DNA of 64,000 nucleotides from Escherichia coli (GTDB lineage Bacteria; Pseudomonadota; Gammaproteobacteria; Enterobacterales; Enterobacteriaceae): NCBI RefSeq assembly GCF_029227855.1, contig NZ_CP074356.1; one strand, 5' to 3'. Shown piece by piece: positions 45,559 to 57,507 of this stretch (position 1 is its first letter; each line of letters starts with the position of its first letter). The notes under the pieces were generated by a model. It saw only the letters and a program-made list of their open reading frames with translations, ran no database searches and was not told where the DNA came from. The position numbers and the translations under genes were made by a program.

Positions 45559-45620
45559 AGTGGGATACCTCTGAAGACAGAAGATAAAAGTGAAAACAGG
45601 TGTGATGTGGTTGTGACGGG

Positions 45621-46112
45621 TTAAAGCAGACCATATTCGGCAAAGGAGAAAACCTGGCTGCCACCGACTATCAGATGGTCCGGCACCCGGATATCCACCA
45701 GGCCCAGTGCCTGTACCAGACGTTCCGTGATAAGGCGGTCTGCCTTGCTGGGTGTGACTTCACCGGACGGGTGATTGTGTGCCAGCACCACAGCAGCGGC
45801 ATTGTGATACAGGGCGCGTTTAATCACTTCACGGGGATGGACTTCCGTGCGGTTGATGGTGCCGGTGAAGAGGGTTTCACCGGCAATCAGCTGATTCTGG
45901 TTGTTCAGATACAGCACCCGGAACTCTTCACGCTCCAGTCCCGCCATGTTCAGAATCAGCCATTCTCGTGCCGCACGGGTGGAGGTGAAGGCCACGCCGG
46001 GTTCATGAAGATGGCGGTCCAGGGTTTTCAGGGCCCGTTGAATGAGGCTGCGCTCGCCGGGCGTCATCTCTCCGGGCAGAAAGGAAAGCTGTTGCATTGT
46101 ACTTCTCTCCAT
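45621..46112 (-). CDS. RadC-like JAB-domain protein (YeeS/YfjY family)
   Basis: HNHPSG metal-binding motif; start may be the internal MQQLSFLPGE. Confidence 0.8.
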   Translation of the reverse strand: MERSTMQQLSFLPGEMTPGERSLIQRALKTLDRHLHEPGVAFTSTRAAREWLILNMAGLEREEFRVLYLNNQNQLIAGETLFTGTINRTEVHPREVIKRALYHNAAAVVLAHNHPSGEVTPSKADRLITERLVQALGLVDIRVPDHLIVGGSQVFSFAEYGLL

Positions 46113-46586
46113 TCAGTCGATGATGCGCATAATGGCGCTGCATTCCGGATGCTGCAGGGCGTAATCCCGCAGCCGGTAATAATGGACCGTCATGGCATAA
46201 CACTCCGTACGACAGGCATGATGACTGTACGTCATCAGACAGGCAGCAATGCCGGCAGCTTCCGGACTCATTTCAGCGCGGTTACCGTTCATGGCATTGA
46301 ACAGTACCCATGTTTCGTCATCATCGTCATCCGGTTCGGGTGCCATAAATGCCCCGCCGTTGTTCAGGGTGTACAGATTCCAGATACCACCGCAGTAGTC
46401 TTCGCACAGACGGTCCATCCAGCCGAAGACACGGGGCTCCAGGGTCACCCACTGTGGAATGAGGCCAAAGTGCTGCGGCCAGAAGCTGATGCGCTGTTCA
46501 TCAGGGACGAGGGTGGCAACCAGTTGTTGCAGGTCAGTCTCCGGTGCACAGGCCGAAGAGGTGGTGTTCTGAGACAATGTTTTCAT
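46113..46586 (-). CDS. Antirestriction protein (KlcA/ArdB family, YfjX-like)
   Basis: 157 aa from MKTLSQNTTSSACAPETDLQQLVATLVPDEQRISFWPQHFGLIPQW...; the longer track ORF includes an upstream out-of-context extension. Confidence 0.7.
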   Translation of the reverse strand: MKTLSQNTTSSACAPETDLQQLVATLVPDEQRISFWPQHFGLIPQWVTLEPRVFGWMDRLCEDYCGGIWNLYTLNNGGAFMAPEPDDDDDETWVLFNAMNGNRAEMSPEAAGIAACLMTYSHHACRTECYAMTVHYYRLRDYALQHPECSAIMRIID

Positions 46587-46927
46587 GTATGAAATCCTTG
46601 TAATGTGAATAAATGAGAGGGAGTAAAGGTCGGGACCTGGCAACATCACGTTCATCACTGACCGTGATGACCCGGTAATATCAGGGATGAATGATATTCG
46701 GCTGAAATTCCGGACAGCCGTACGCGTAACCGTTCCGGTCACAGACGGATGGCCAGATGCCATTGCCTGTATACTCAGTCTGCACAGACTGATTTCTCCG
46801 GGACGGTAAAGCAGACGGGTACACCAGGCGCACAGGTCATCATCAGAAATGGAACGACACCCCGGCAGCGCCTCCGGGGCGTCGGGTGATTCTGGTGCCT
46901 GAATCACGCCTTCAGGGACATGCTGCA

Positions 46928-47746
46928 TCAGCGCAGGCTCTCCAGCAGCGTTTCTGCCATTACCCACAATGCGCGGTTGAGCTTAATATCGGTGTCGATG
47001 TTGTGAATGGCACGGGTGTGGATACGTTTTCCTTTTGCACTGCGGCCGGAAATCCCGCCTTTCAGCATATTCTCCTGGATGGTCTGATAAGTACTCCACA
47101 GGTCCTTACCGTAATCCTCCCGGCGTCGTGGCGTCAGAATGTCAGCGGTGGTGACTGGCTGATGTTCGTCACCATAACGGTAAGTCAGTGCCGCCTGTGC
47201 CAGCGCCTGGCGTGCCGGTGGCGGCAGGACCAGCGACTGCATGGCATCACGCTTTTCCTCAATCCGGTCAAAAACCCCCACCACTTCGTAAGCCCCTTCG
47301 ATAACTTTCTCCACCACATTTCCCCGGTGTGGAACACGCACTTCCCCCAGAGACTGACCGCAGACGCAGCCATTCTGGCAGACGAATCTGAAGTAACCCG
47401 GCAGCATCTGGTAGCTGGAGGTACCGTCATGAGAGTTGAGCAGAATAATTTCAGGGACATGTTCTCCGTTTATCTCTCCGGCCCGCCGCAGACGCAGCAT
47501 GTGTTTTGTGTATCCCCGGCGGCCCGGGTCGCGCACGCGGGTCTGGCAGGCGAAGAATGGCTGAAAACCTTCCTGCTGCAGGCTTTCCAGTACGGTGATG
47601 GTGGGAATGTACGCATATCGTTTACTGCGGGAAGTATGCCGGTCTTCACCGAAAATACTGGGAACATAGTGCATCAGTTCTTCGTGTGTCAGCGGACGGT
47701 CACGGCGTATCTGGTTCGCATAACCAAAACGACTGGCTAGTCGCAT
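46928..47746 (-). CDS. DUF932-domain protein (YfjQ/YafZ-like)
   Basis: 272-aa ORF with the conserved island-associated DUF932 sequence. Confidence 0.75.
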   Translation of the reverse strand: MRLASRFGYANQIRRDRPLTHEELMHYVPSIFGEDRHTSRSKRYAYIPTITVLESLQQEGFQPFFACQTRVRDPGRRGYTKHMLRLRRAGEINGEHVPEIILLNSHDGTSSYQMLPGYFRFVCQNGCVCGQSLGEVRVPHRGNVVEKVIEGAYEVVGVFDRIEEKRDAMQSLVLPPPARQALAQAALTYRYGDEHQPVTTADILTPRRREDYGKDLWSTYQTIQENMLKGGISGRSAKGKRIHTRAIHNIDTDIKLNRALWVMAETLLESLR

Positions 47747-48129
47747 AATTTGCTCCTTATCGGTGGTTACGATTTACTGGTGTAATAAATGAAAAAGCTG
47801 CGTCTCCCGGAGAAGACGCGGCCTGACAGATGAAATGAATGACGTTTATTGTCTGAGAAGCCCTTAACTGGCGAGCTGAGTATTAAGCTGTGTTCCGGCA
47901 TCACCAGCGCAACTGACCTTCAGCATTACGGATAACCAGCCGGGAATATGTTCCCTGGTCATCTTCAGTAAACACATTGCGGTAAGCTGTTTTGACGGCA
48001 ACAGCCTGTTCGCGTGAGAAAGGGCCTTCGGGCAATAAACGTGATGTACAACCCGGCATATCTGTTGCTCCCTGAAAGTAAAAAGCCCCGGTCATGATGA
48101 CCGGGGCCTGAAGGAGAGTGACCTGATTA

Positions 48130-50976
48130 TCAGAAAGTCACATTCAGCGTGGCCTGACCGTTATAACCTTCAGCGCTGCTGCCGCTGACACTGTGGGCAT
48201 AACCGGCCTGAACGCCCAGGGTGATATTTTCCCGGACACGGGCTTCCAGTCCGGCCTGCAGGTCCAGTGACGTGCCATTCCGGGACGGTGAGAACGTCAT
48301 GTTACTGCCGGCGGCGGCTGTCCCCATGCTCATGTCACCCCGGGAACTGAAGGTGCGGATAACAGAAGGCTGTACCCACCAGTTCACCGGCAGTTCACGC
48401 ACACGGTGTTTTGCACTGTCGCGCAGGGTGTCACGGGATGAGGTGCCTTCACCAAAGCTCATATCGTTGTGGCTGCCCAGACGGAAACCGGCACGCACAT
48501 GTTGTGCACTGCCATGCCCGAACTTCACATAACCGGCGTTATCCTGGCCGTCATCCAGGGAAAGTCCCTGCCAGGTATACTGCAGTTGTGGCTCCAGCAT
48601 CAGGTTGTCAGTGATACTGAAGGGCAGACCGGTTTCCAGTGAGCCCAGCCAGCCCCAGCCGCGGGCGCGGAAGTCGTTATTGTCCGATGACGCTTTCATG
48701 CTGTGGCGGGTTCCCTGTGCCACAATGTCAGCCCACAGGCCGGAGGACGTGTGTGTCAGATTCAGGTATCCGCCCAGGCTGCCGGCATCATCCCGGACCG
48801 TGCCGGCGCGGGAACCGTCATCATCCTTAACATCAACGGAAGAATGGCCTGCGGCACCATGCACCCCTGTCGTCAGAGACATACCGGCAACCTCTGTTCT
48901 GAGCAGGTCACCCTCCAGACGGACGAAGCCATAGCTGCCGCTGCTTTCCGGCGTGGCTCCACGGGCAATACCGCCGTTGTTATCGTGACCGAGATGACCG
49001 CCCTGAATGCTGAGACGGACGCTGTTATTTTCACCGTTTACACCGGTCTGATGGCTGCGGGAGCCTGCCAGAATCCGGTCATAGTCCATTGCCTGTGTCA
49101 GCATGGAGGCATACAGGGGGACTTCAGCACGATAAGCATTTTCACTGCGCAGGTACCAGTCTTCATCGCTGTCACGGTTCAGGGTGTAGTTAAAGGCGCC
49201 GGCCTGAAGCGGGCGACTCAGGGCAAATGCACCTTCTTCTGTGGTGGCGCCATTCTGTGCATCCACAACCCGGATACCCTGTCCGGAGGTTGCCACCCCG
49301 AGGTTACTGTTTCCGACATTTGTAAACGCAAGCCAGGTTTTGCCGGTTGCCTGACCACCATTAATCACCAGCTGGTCAGAGGTATTGCTGCCATCAAGGC
49401 GAACACGCATATTGATGGTGCCACCCTGACCGGTGAGGTTACTGGTGGTCAGTTTATGGAACGTTACCGGGGAGTCGCCTTTTGCAACAGCACGGCTCAG
49501 CGCGGCATCCGGTGTCGTCTGATTATCAAAGCGAATCTCCCCTGCGTTAACAATATCGCCGGTACTGACCACATCGCCATTCAGTACCATGCTGGCACCT
49601 TTACTGAGCTGTGTTCTGCCACTCAGACTTCCCCCGGCAGCCAGCGTCAGTGTTCCACGATGTCCGACAGTGGTGTTGCTGGCCAGTCCTCCGGCATTAA
49701 CCGTAAAGCTGCCGCCATTTTCCAGCAGCAGTCCGCTGGCCTGACCGGATGTGCCATCAATACTGAACTTACCGCTGGCATTGGTCCCCTCAACAGTGGC
49801 ACCACTGTCTGCAATCAGGGCACTACCGGATGTCATGGTGACATCTGTTGCCTTACCACCGGCAGACACTGCCAGGGTTCCGCCGTCATCCACCAGTGTT
49901 TTCCAGGCTGAATGGCCCTCCAGTACATCCAGGCGACCACCGGACTCCAGAACAACACCGTCAGCATTACCGTTTTCCACAGTGAAATTGCCCAGACGGT
50001 TGCTGCCGGTGACGGTTGCCGCCGTACTGGTGACCAGTGCGCCTCCCTGCTTCAGGGTGACATTCGTGGCTGTACCACCGGCGTTCACCTGCAGTTTGCC
50101 TTTCTGGTTAACGGTGGTGAAATCCGCCAGACCACCTTCCTTGACAATCTGCCAGCCGTCACTGTTTACAACCGTGTCAGAGGCTGTGCCTCCGTTGTGC
50201 ACATACTGGTAACCGCCATTCAGTGTGGTATCCAGCGCATGCCCGTGTACCGTCTGGTCGCCGCCGGCATAAACCACAGTGGTATTTGCTGTTCCTTCAG
50301 CAGCCACAATCTGACGACCATTTTCATTGATAGTGGTACGTACGGCATTTCCGCGAACAAACTGCCCGGTATCACCATTTTCTGCATCCGGTCCCCCTTC
50401 CGCGCCGGTATTCACAACCGTGTCGGTTGCCATTGCGCCGGATTTGACGGCCTGCCAGCCCTTCTCATTAATGACGGTACCCGTTGCAATCCCGCCTTCA
50501 TGTACCCACTGCTCACCGCCGTTCAGAGTGGTGTTCACTGCCTGCCCCTGAAGGCTCTGTCCGCCTCCGGCACTGATAACCGTGTCTGAAACGCTTCCTC
50601 CGGCATTCACTCTCTGAAGACCACCACCGGTGACAGTAGTGTTGTTGGCGATACCGCCATTTTGTATCCATTGTCCGCCGGTATTGGCCTCGTTATCCGG
50701 CCCATACTCCAGACCGGTACTGATGGTCATTCCGTTGGCCGTACCGAAGACAATCTGGTTGTCATGATTTGTCAGTGTTCCGCCGCTCACGGTTTCTCCC
50801 GCCTGTACGACCGTGTCAGCAGCCAGTACCGGGACTGACGTGACAGCAGCAAGAGACAGCGCAACCGCCACACCGGTGCGTTTTCCCCGTGAGCGCGCCA
50901 GTTCGGAAGCCACCACCAGGGTGCCCGTAATGTGATTCCATACCAGCCTGTAGCTGGTGTTCAGATGTCGTTTCAT
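48130..50976 (-). CDS. flu: Antigen 43 (Ag43/Flu) self-associating autotransporter
   Basis: Start [33 protein letters not shown]..., repetitive beta-helix passenger, C-terminal beta-barrel ending in ...ATLNVTF. Confidence 0.85.
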   Translation of the reverse strand: MKRHLNTSYRLVWNHITGTLVVASELARSRGKRTGVAVALSLAAVTSVPVLAADTVVQAGETVSGGTLTNHDNQIVFGTANGMTISTGLEYGPDNEANTGGQWIQNGGIANNTTVTGGGLQRVNAGGSVSDTVISAGGGQSLQGQAVNTTLNGGEQWVHEGGIATGTVINEKGWQAVKSGAMATDTVVNTGAEGGPDAENGDTGQFVRGNAVRTTINENGRQIVAAEGTANTTVVYAGGDQTVHGHALDTTLNGGYQYVHNGGTASDTVVNSDGWQIVKEGGLADFTTVNQKGKLQVNAGGTATNVTLKQGGALVTSTAATVTGSNRLGNFTVENGNADGVVLESGGRLDVLEGHSAWKTLVDDGGTLAVSAGGKATDVTMTSGSALIADSGATVEGTNASGKFSIDGTSGQASGLLLENGGSFTVNAGGLASNTTVGHRGTLTLAAGGSLSGRTQLSKGASMVLNGDVVSTGDIVNAGEIRFDNQTTPDAALSRAVAKGDSPVTFHKLTTSNLTGQGGTINMRVRLDGSNTSDQLVINGGQATGKTWLAFTNVGNSNLGVATSGQGIRVVDAQNGATTEEGAFALSRPLQAGAFNYTLNRDSDEDWYLRSENAYRAEVPLYASMLTQAMDYDRILAGSRSHQTGVNGENNSVRLSIQGGHLGHDNNGGIARGATPESSGSYGFVRLEGDLLRTEVAGMSLTTGVHGAAGHSSVDVKDDDGSRAGTVRDDAGSLGGYLNLTHTSSGLWADIVAQGTRHSMKASSDNNDFRARGWGWLGSLETGLPFSITDNLMLEPQLQYTWQGLSLDDGQDNAGYVKFGHGSAQHVRAGFRLGSHNDMSFGEGTSSRDTLRDSAKHRVRELPVNWWVQPSVIRTFSSRGDMSMGTAAAGSNMTFSPSRNGTSLDLQAGLEARVRENITLGVQAGYAHSVSGSSAEGYNGQATLNVTF

Positions 50977-51347
50977 CAGCTTTTCCTTACAGAGGGTGAA
51001 TAAAAAAGCCGGTACCCACAAATGTGGATACCGGCAGGTACAAAACAGCATGGTCAGATAAAGTGGTTTTTCCCGGACATAAATGCTTCCCCTCTCTCAT
51101 CCGCCAGAGAAGTATCAGTCCGTTGTGTGCAATTCCGTTCTGCATGATGAAGAGATTCAGCTGCCTTTTCGCAGGCCATTAACCACTATAAACGATCGAT
51201 AGCAACGATCGATACCTGTTTTATCGATCGTTTTATTCTATTGATTACAAGGCGGTCACGCAAGAGAAACAGGAGGAGTATGAGGGGTTTGTGTCATGTT
51301 TTCAGTTGGTTAACGTAATGTTATCAGGCATTTCCCTGGCAGACTGT

Positions 51348-52220
51348 TCAGAAGAAAATCCAGTTCCATACAGCGCGGGCAACAGAGACCACCGTGTCAC
51401 GGACGGCACGCAGAACCGTACGGGCAACAGAGGCAACACAGACGCTCTCCGCCGTGTCAAATATCCGGTCCACCGCACCGGTAAACTGTTCACGGGCCTG
51501 AGCGCGGACAGATTCCGTGCGCAGCTCGTCCTGCAGGCGGGTCATCAGGGGACTGGCGGCATGGTCGGGAAGTGCTGTCATTAGCGCACTGACCAGCGTA
51601 TCCAGTTCCCAGCCGGTGCGGGCCGATACGGCAACAACCGGATGTACGGGCCGGAACAGCCGGAATACCGCATCTGTTTTCTCACGAATGTTCTGTGCCT
51701 GTGCGGGAGAAGGCTGAATGCCGGCCATATCCCATTCATGGCAGGGCTCCGTTTTGTCGGCCTGCGTCACCACAAACAGCACCTGCTGATGTCCCCGGTG
51801 CAGGATGTGTCGCCAGAAATACTCATCCACAGACAGGGCACGGTCATCGGCTTTAATCAGCCACAGTACCAGGTCAAGTTCAGGCAGAATGTCACGGTAC
51901 AGGGCTTCATACTCTGCATCCCTGTCCCGGCTCTCGCCCACCCCGGGCAGGTCAGTGATAATCATGCTGTGACCGTGGCCACTCAGACGGAAGCGCCGCA
52001 CTTCCCGGGTGCCGGCGTGAACATCACTGACCGGGGTGACCTCCCCCTGAAACAGTGCATTACAGAGTGAGGATTTACCGGCCCCGCTTTTACCCATAAT
52101 GCCAATCACGGGTTCGTGACTGGTGAGTTTGCGCAGATGTTCCAGGATGTGACGGGAAAGTGAGTAAGGCAGGGAGGGGAGCGGTTTTTCAATTGCCTCA
52201 ATGGCATCAGACGGATTCAT
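51348..52220 (-). CDS. YeeP/YfjP-family GTPase
   Basis: Start MNPSDAIEAIEKPLPSLPYSL...; P-loop GIMGKSGAGKSS. Confidence 0.75.
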   Translation of the reverse strand: MNPSDAIEAIEKPLPSLPYSLSRHILEHLRKLTSHEPVIGIMGKSGAGKSSLCNALFQGEVTPVSDVHAGTREVRRFRLSGHGHSMIITDLPGVGESRDRDAEYEALYRDILPELDLVLWLIKADDRALSVDEYFWRHILHRGHQQVLFVVTQADKTEPCHEWDMAGIQPSPAQAQNIREKTDAVFRLFRPVHPVVAVSARTGWELDTLVSALMTALPDHAASPLMTRLQDELRTESVRAQAREQFTGAVDRIFDTAESVCVASVARTVLRAVRDTVVSVARAVWNWIFF

Positions 52221-52304
52221 ACATGTATTCCCGGTGAAAAAAGACAAAACCCCCGCACACCGGAAAGGTGGTGGGGGACTCACGGAGATAATATATGTCT
52301 GAAA

Positions 52305-53230
52305 TTATCTGGAATGTCGGTACCTTTTATACTCTTCAACAATCAGGTCATGCAGCATTTCGCCGGTACTGAGTCTTCTGACCCTCGATAATTCTTTGAG
52401 CTGCGCCCTGGTTTCTGCGTCAAGAAAAAACTGTACATTGACTTTATCTTCCTGCATTTTTTTGTACTTGCGCTGCGCCTTGGCCTTATTGAAACTGTTT
52501 CTGAAATTTTTTATATCGTCAGGTGAGGTGAGTGGACAGGTAACCCATATGTCAAATGAAAGGTGAATTGCGTGGTAAATATCAGCAGAACCAGGAAAAC
52601 TGGCCAGTTTTTCCAGTGCAATATTTTTTCCCTTCAAATAATTCCATGTCCATATGCATTCATGTTCGTTCTCCGGGAGGAGGTAACTGAAAGGACTCTT
52701 TGATTTAAATGCCCGCATCCATCTGTCTTTGGTCTGGATTATCCACTCATCCCGCAAATTCTTATCAGAAAGAATATCGAGAACTCTGAGTATTTGTCTG
52801 AACTGTGTCGATGAGTCCGACGGGAAGGCATTCCCTTCTAAATACTCTTCTTTAAGATACAGTTTATTCTTTTGAAGCAAGTCTGCGCTTATTTTTGTCC
52901 TGTTATTCTGGATAAACTGCATCAACAGATACCAGGAAAATAAGCATGCACGTTCACTGCCCGCGATCCAGGATATTTTTTCCAGGGGCACCAGGGAGGC
53001 CAGTGCCTTCAGACGCATACCAGAAATGATTTGTTCAAGTTCAAAATCTGAAAGTGTGATGTTCAGATTTTCTCTGTTTTTTTTATGTAAGCGATAAAAC
53101 GTTCCGGGGGATCATAAACATTAAGGGGCAGTACGGAGATATTACGCTCTCCAAGATAATAAGAGTAATACGCATTTGTTCTTTCATTCATAACCTTATC
53201 CGACAAAATTTTCTGAACCATCCTCTTTCT
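52305..53230 (-). pseudogene. Hypothetical island gene interrupted at a T8/A8 homopolymer
   Basis: 237-aa ORF (52305-53018) continues upstream in another frame (MVQKILSDKVMNERTNAYYSYY... from 53230) across the homopolymer at 53088-53095. Confidence 0.4.
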
Positions 53231-54406
53231 CCGGTTGCTTAAAAATTAAACATAATAAGGTGATAATAACATGATAAAAAGAAGTTTATAATGGTATATT
53301 AAGGTGGTCAATAAAAAGGCAATCTGCGCGCTGTACAGTCATTCTGACAGGAAATGCAGGAGGAAGGGAAGGTAACCGGCTTCGTTATGCTGACAGGAAT
53401 ACCTGTTATCATGGAAGTGCACTCATGTGGCCGACGTAGCTTAAGAGGATGGAAGAGTGGAGACTGCAGACAGGGGGTATTGAAAGGTAAACATGTTTCG
53501 CCCGCCAGCTGCACCGGGGGCCAGCATCACTTTTTTTACGTTGTAACCCGGTATGCATTCCGGCTTTGATGATTACAGTCAGAGGGCAGCAGACTGACGT
53601 TATTTAACCGGACAGAAAAATTATGGACACTGAAATATCGTCTGTTAATACCTCGTTTGTCGGTGTGGTATTCCCTGTATTACCGGCGTCACCGATAAAG
53701 AGAGTTATAAACGCCAGAAAGGTACCTCCTTTATGCCGGGGAACACTTACGGAAAATGAAGTCTGAAAAGGAGCACAATGAAAAGAGGCGTGTCCCGTAA
53801 ATATAGGGGCAAATCCAAGGTGATACCAGAGGGCATTAAACTGTCGCCACGGATAAGAATATACAACATTTCTGATAACAAAACATCATAACGTGTTTCA
53901 GATATGTTCCGGCATCAGTCTGACGGATATTATTTCCCGGTAAAACAAACCGGCTACTGTAACGGTTAACTGTATCTGCATAAATTATTTATGATGAAAG
54001 AACAGTATTACGGATTCAAATATCATCCTGTTTGCATTCAGGCGGACATTCCCGGATGCCGGAAAGAATATCCTGCAGGCTGAGTGAGTCTCTTCCACAG
54101 TGCCGGGATCGCTGTCGCCACGTACATATTGTCACCAGGATGGGTATGTACCGCAGCATGCCATTTCTGGTGAATAACCGCACCTGCACATTCAGTCTGC
54201 TGAGAACCTGGCGTGTATCGGGCTGTAAAGAACATCCCTGTCCGTGGCTCCTCTGGTGGTGTTGCCTGCTCAGCAATGACAGGATGCCCTTAAGACGCCC
54301 GTCATGGCTCAGTATGATGACGACGAACACGCTCTGCAGGTGAGCATGCGGGGCCGGGAGCATCATCATTTCCGTATTTTGTCACACCTTCCGGAAGCAA
54401 CCGGCA

Positions 54407-55024
54407 TCAGTTGCGGCTATCGTCAACCGTTGTGCGGTATGCCAGGAGCACGTACTGATCCATCAGATCCGTCAGTGCTGCGCTCTGCCTCTGACGGTTG
54501 ATGATCCATTCCTCCAGCTCTTTTTCTGATTTCCGTTTCAGGTTCTCTTTCCAGTCTTCAAGGCTGTTTCCGGTCATTAAATCAAGCCAGCAAAGCCAGA
54601 CCAGTTTGAGGCGCAACTCCGTGCCACCAAACTGACGGAAGAGGCTGATCAGTTTATTTGCCAGAGAACGCTGCCTCAGACGTTCACATTCAGACAGGAG
54701 AATGCCTTCCAGCATCGGATGATGAACCAGCAGATGTTCACTGGTGCATAAATTCACAATCAGATCATCATCCAGGGGCGGCGTGGCCCGTTTGTCAGGG
54801 CCATAAATCAGCCGGTGCAGGCTCTGGGGTACGATGGCAATCTCCGGTTTTTCACCATTGAATGACACCCAACCGGGCGTCAGATTATGGAAGTAGTAGA
54901 TATTCGGATGACACACGCCCCAGGATACGGCGTGCCGGGTGAAGCCGGTCAGCCATTTCTGGTAGCTTTCGTGGAGCCATTCGTAGCGGGTCTGATACTG
55001 TTGTTTCATTTTCATATTCCTCAC
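54407..55024 (-). CDS. Hypothetical protein (CP4-type island associated)
   Basis: 205-aa ORF downstream of and co-oriented with the alpA-like gene. Confidence 0.45.
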   Translation of the reverse strand: MRNMKMKQQYQTRYEWLHESYQKWLTGFTRHAVSWGVCHPNIYYFHNLTPGWVSFNGEKPEIAIVPQSLHRLIYGPDKRATPPLDDDLIVNLCTSEHLLVHHPMLEGILLSECERLRQRSLANKLISLFRQFGGTELRLKLVWLCWLDLMTGNSLEDWKENLKRKSEKELEEWIINRQRQSAALTDLMDQYVLLAYRTTVDDSRN

Positions 55025-55103
55025 GGGGATATAACAGGCAGCAGAATGCCGCCGGCAGGCCGGGGATTACGTCTGCTGCGGGTGAACGGATAACGGTCAG
55101 AAA

Positions 55104-55310
55104 TTACGGGCGGGGCTGTGCAATACGCGCCTGTAGCCAGGCTTCCACTTCACTTTTCAGCCAGCGGGAGCTGCGGCCCAGCTTGATGGGAGCCGGAAAG
55201 GCCCCATCCCTGATGAGCCTGTAAAACCACTTATCTGTCAGGCCGTTCAGTTGAGTGATAAATGCCATGTCGACCATCTGGTCATCCATCAGTGAAACTG
55301 GGGTAGCCAT
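55104..55310 (-). CDS. alpA: AlpA-family prophage transcriptional regulator
   Basis: MATPVSLMDDQMVDMAFITQLNGLTDKWFYRLIRDGAFPAPIKLGRSSRWLKSEVEAWL, 68 aa. Confidence 0.7.
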   Translation of the reverse strand: MATPVSLMDDQMVDMAFITQLNGLTDKWFYRLIRDGAFPAPIKLGRSSRWLKSEVEAWLQARIAQPRP

Positions 55311-56538
55311 GAGAATGTTCCTCCGGATGTTGTTAAACCAGCCGGTGTGGTCATGAAAACAGCGCGCCACCTTCACCGGCATAACAACCGGGGAGAAACG
55401 TAAAAAATAATCGGGAATGTGACCGCCAGGAGATAAACGGGGAGGTTGCGGTGGCTGAGCCGTACCGGTATACCGGGTGGTTGTTGCGAAAAGATGCTTC
55501 CGCACGCACGCGCGATAAAGAGGGGATAGTTTTCGTGAGGACAGGGAGAGAAGCAGGCGTTCTGATAATTGCAGAGTTGTTTTCGGAGGTGGTTACAGTG
55601 AGTCAGCCCGTTCCTGGCGAGGAGGAGACTGATATCACCGATGGGATAAGGCTGTCTGATTGGTATTATAAATATAAGAAGTCATCAGAGAGTAACGTAA
55701 AGGATTTGCCAGAGTAAGCTAAGAGAGTAAATCTCTCCGGTAACAGAGCGCTGTGAATCGTTCATGTATCAGAGTGCAGATACATGAACGCTGATGCGTA
55801 AAATCAGCAGTGACACGCCAGCTCCCCCTGTGCCCATTCCTGTATAAGACATGAACTGAGCGTATTAATGCTCCTGCCCTGAGACTGAGCGGTGAGTGAG
55901 GGGCTGAGAAATCCCTCTTGACAATGCTCTAAACCAGAAATACTTCCCCGGTTGTTGCGGTGCGTCCGGATCCCCGATAACGGAACACTAAGGCTGTATT
56001 GCGGGACACCAGGTAAGTGGCAGCCCGTAATACGTCAGGAGACGCGGGAAAAGTGAATTCCCACACGCGTTATAAACTTACCCTTGCGGAGCTGGAAGCC
56101 TTTAACTCTGCCGTTGACAACCGGCTGGCAGAACTGACAATGAACAAACTTTACGATCGCGCGCCGGCTTCCGTCTGGAAATATGTCACCTGAATATTGA
56201 AGCAGCGCTACGATGACTCCGGTGTTATCTGCACCGGAGGACCGGGAACATTAAGCGGTATAGCGACAACAAAGAATTCGAAATCAAAAGGGAATGGTGC
56301 CGGAGGCGTGGGCGGTAATAGGCTGATTTTCAGGTATTACCGGCTTACAACGTGTGGTTGATATTGAGGGGCTGTGAGTTTCGCGTATTTGTCAGAAACC
56401 CAGATGAGTTTTCCTGTATGGGACGAAATAAGGCAGCGGCAATACCTGGAAAATTTAATATGGTATGAAGGAGAACCTGTCGGTTACGCTTAATATACAC
56501 GGTACACTGTCAGCTCAGGGGATACATGAACCGTTATC

Positions 56539-56742
56539 TCACCAGCTACACAGTATACACACACTGACGCTGACAGTAGTCAGCAGGACCACAATAATCA
56601 GCGCCAGCAGTATGGTAACGATACGGTCTGTATTCCGGTAGTAGCCGAAGGGGTCGACAGAACCACAATACGGGCAACACACTGTATTATGAGTAATCGC
56701 GTTTCCACAATCCCTGCACTTCTTTTTGCGTATCACCATCAC
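56539..56742 (-). CDS. Small zinc-ribbon plus transmembrane-helix protein
   Basis: 67 aa with CRDCG...CCPYCG followed by a hydrophobic helix. Confidence 0.35.
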   Translation of the reverse strand: MMVIRKKKCRDCGNAITHNTVCCPYCGSVDPFGYYRNTDRIVTILLALIIVVLLTTVSVSVCILCSW

Positions 56743-56937
56743 TCCCTCCTCACAGCCTTACCCGTAACCGGTTTTTTACATTAAAAAACGACGCTGAAAA
56801 TTCAACCGTCAGTCCGGAGACGACCGTTCGGGTTATCACAGAGTGCCTGAGACAGTGTCCTGCCGGAGGTCACTTCAGGGACTCTGCGCATTTTTTACGA
56901 CGTGGCTATTCCGTATGAACCATACGGAGATTTAACC

Positions 56938-57507
56938 ATGACCTACAAATACAACCCCTTCTGGCAGCAACGTATTCGTGAGACGGTGCGGCACGCACTG
57001 AATGTTCATCCCCGCCTGACGGCATTGCGGGTTGACCTGCGTCTCCCGGATGTACCGGCAGCAACGGACGCAGCTGTGATATCCCGCTTCATCAATGCCC
57101 TGAAAGCCCGAATCGACGCTTACCAGAAACGTAAGCATCGGAAAGGTAAACGCGTGCATCCCACCACCCTGCATTACGTCTGGGCCCGGGAGTTTGGGGA
57201 GTTCAAAGGTAAAAAACACTATCACCTGATGCTGCTGGTCAACCGGGATACCTGGTGTCGTGCCGGTGATTACCGCGCTCCGGAGTCTCTGGCCGGGATG
57301 ATTAAACAGGCGTGGTGCAGTGCCCTGGGAGTGGATGTCGGGTGCCATGCCACGCTGGTGCATTTTCCGGCCTGGCCGGCGGTGTGGCTGGCGCGTAATG
57401 ATGACACCGGCTTTCAGCAAGTGCTGGAACGTGCTGACTATCTGGCGAAAGAGCATACCAAAGCTCACTGCACCGGTGAGCGCAATTTTGGCTGTAGCCG
57501 GAGTTGA
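56938..57507 (+). CDS. YagK/YfjJ-family protein
   Basis: MTYKYNPFWQQRIRETVRHALNVHPRLTALRVDLRLP... with GGAGA Shine-Dalgarno. Confidence 0.65.
   Translation: MTYKYNPFWQQRIRETVRHALNVHPRLTALRVDLRLPDVPAATDAAVISRFINALKARIDAYQKRKHRKGKRVHPTTLHYVWAREFGEFKGKKHYHLMLLVNRDTWCRAGDYRAPESLAGMIKQAWCSALGVDVGCHATLVHFPAWPAVWLARNDDTGFQQVLERADYLAKEHTKAHCTGERNFGCSRS

Noticed and set aside
46590-46967. N-terminal extension of the 284-aa ORF upstream of the antirestriction gene
   Set aside because: The conserved antirestriction protein starts at the internal MKTLSQ (46586); the upstream part is probably read-through of intergenic sequence.
48703-50589. Several long plus-strand ORFs (402, 225, 153 aa) inside the Ag43 gene
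   Set aside because: They are antisense to the repetitive GC-rich autotransporter passenger region, where stop-free antisense frames are expected.
55451-55717. 88-aa plus-strand ORF beyond alpA
   Set aside because: No Shine-Dalgarno and no recognisable motifs, and it overlaps the probable alpA promoter region; treated as non-coding.
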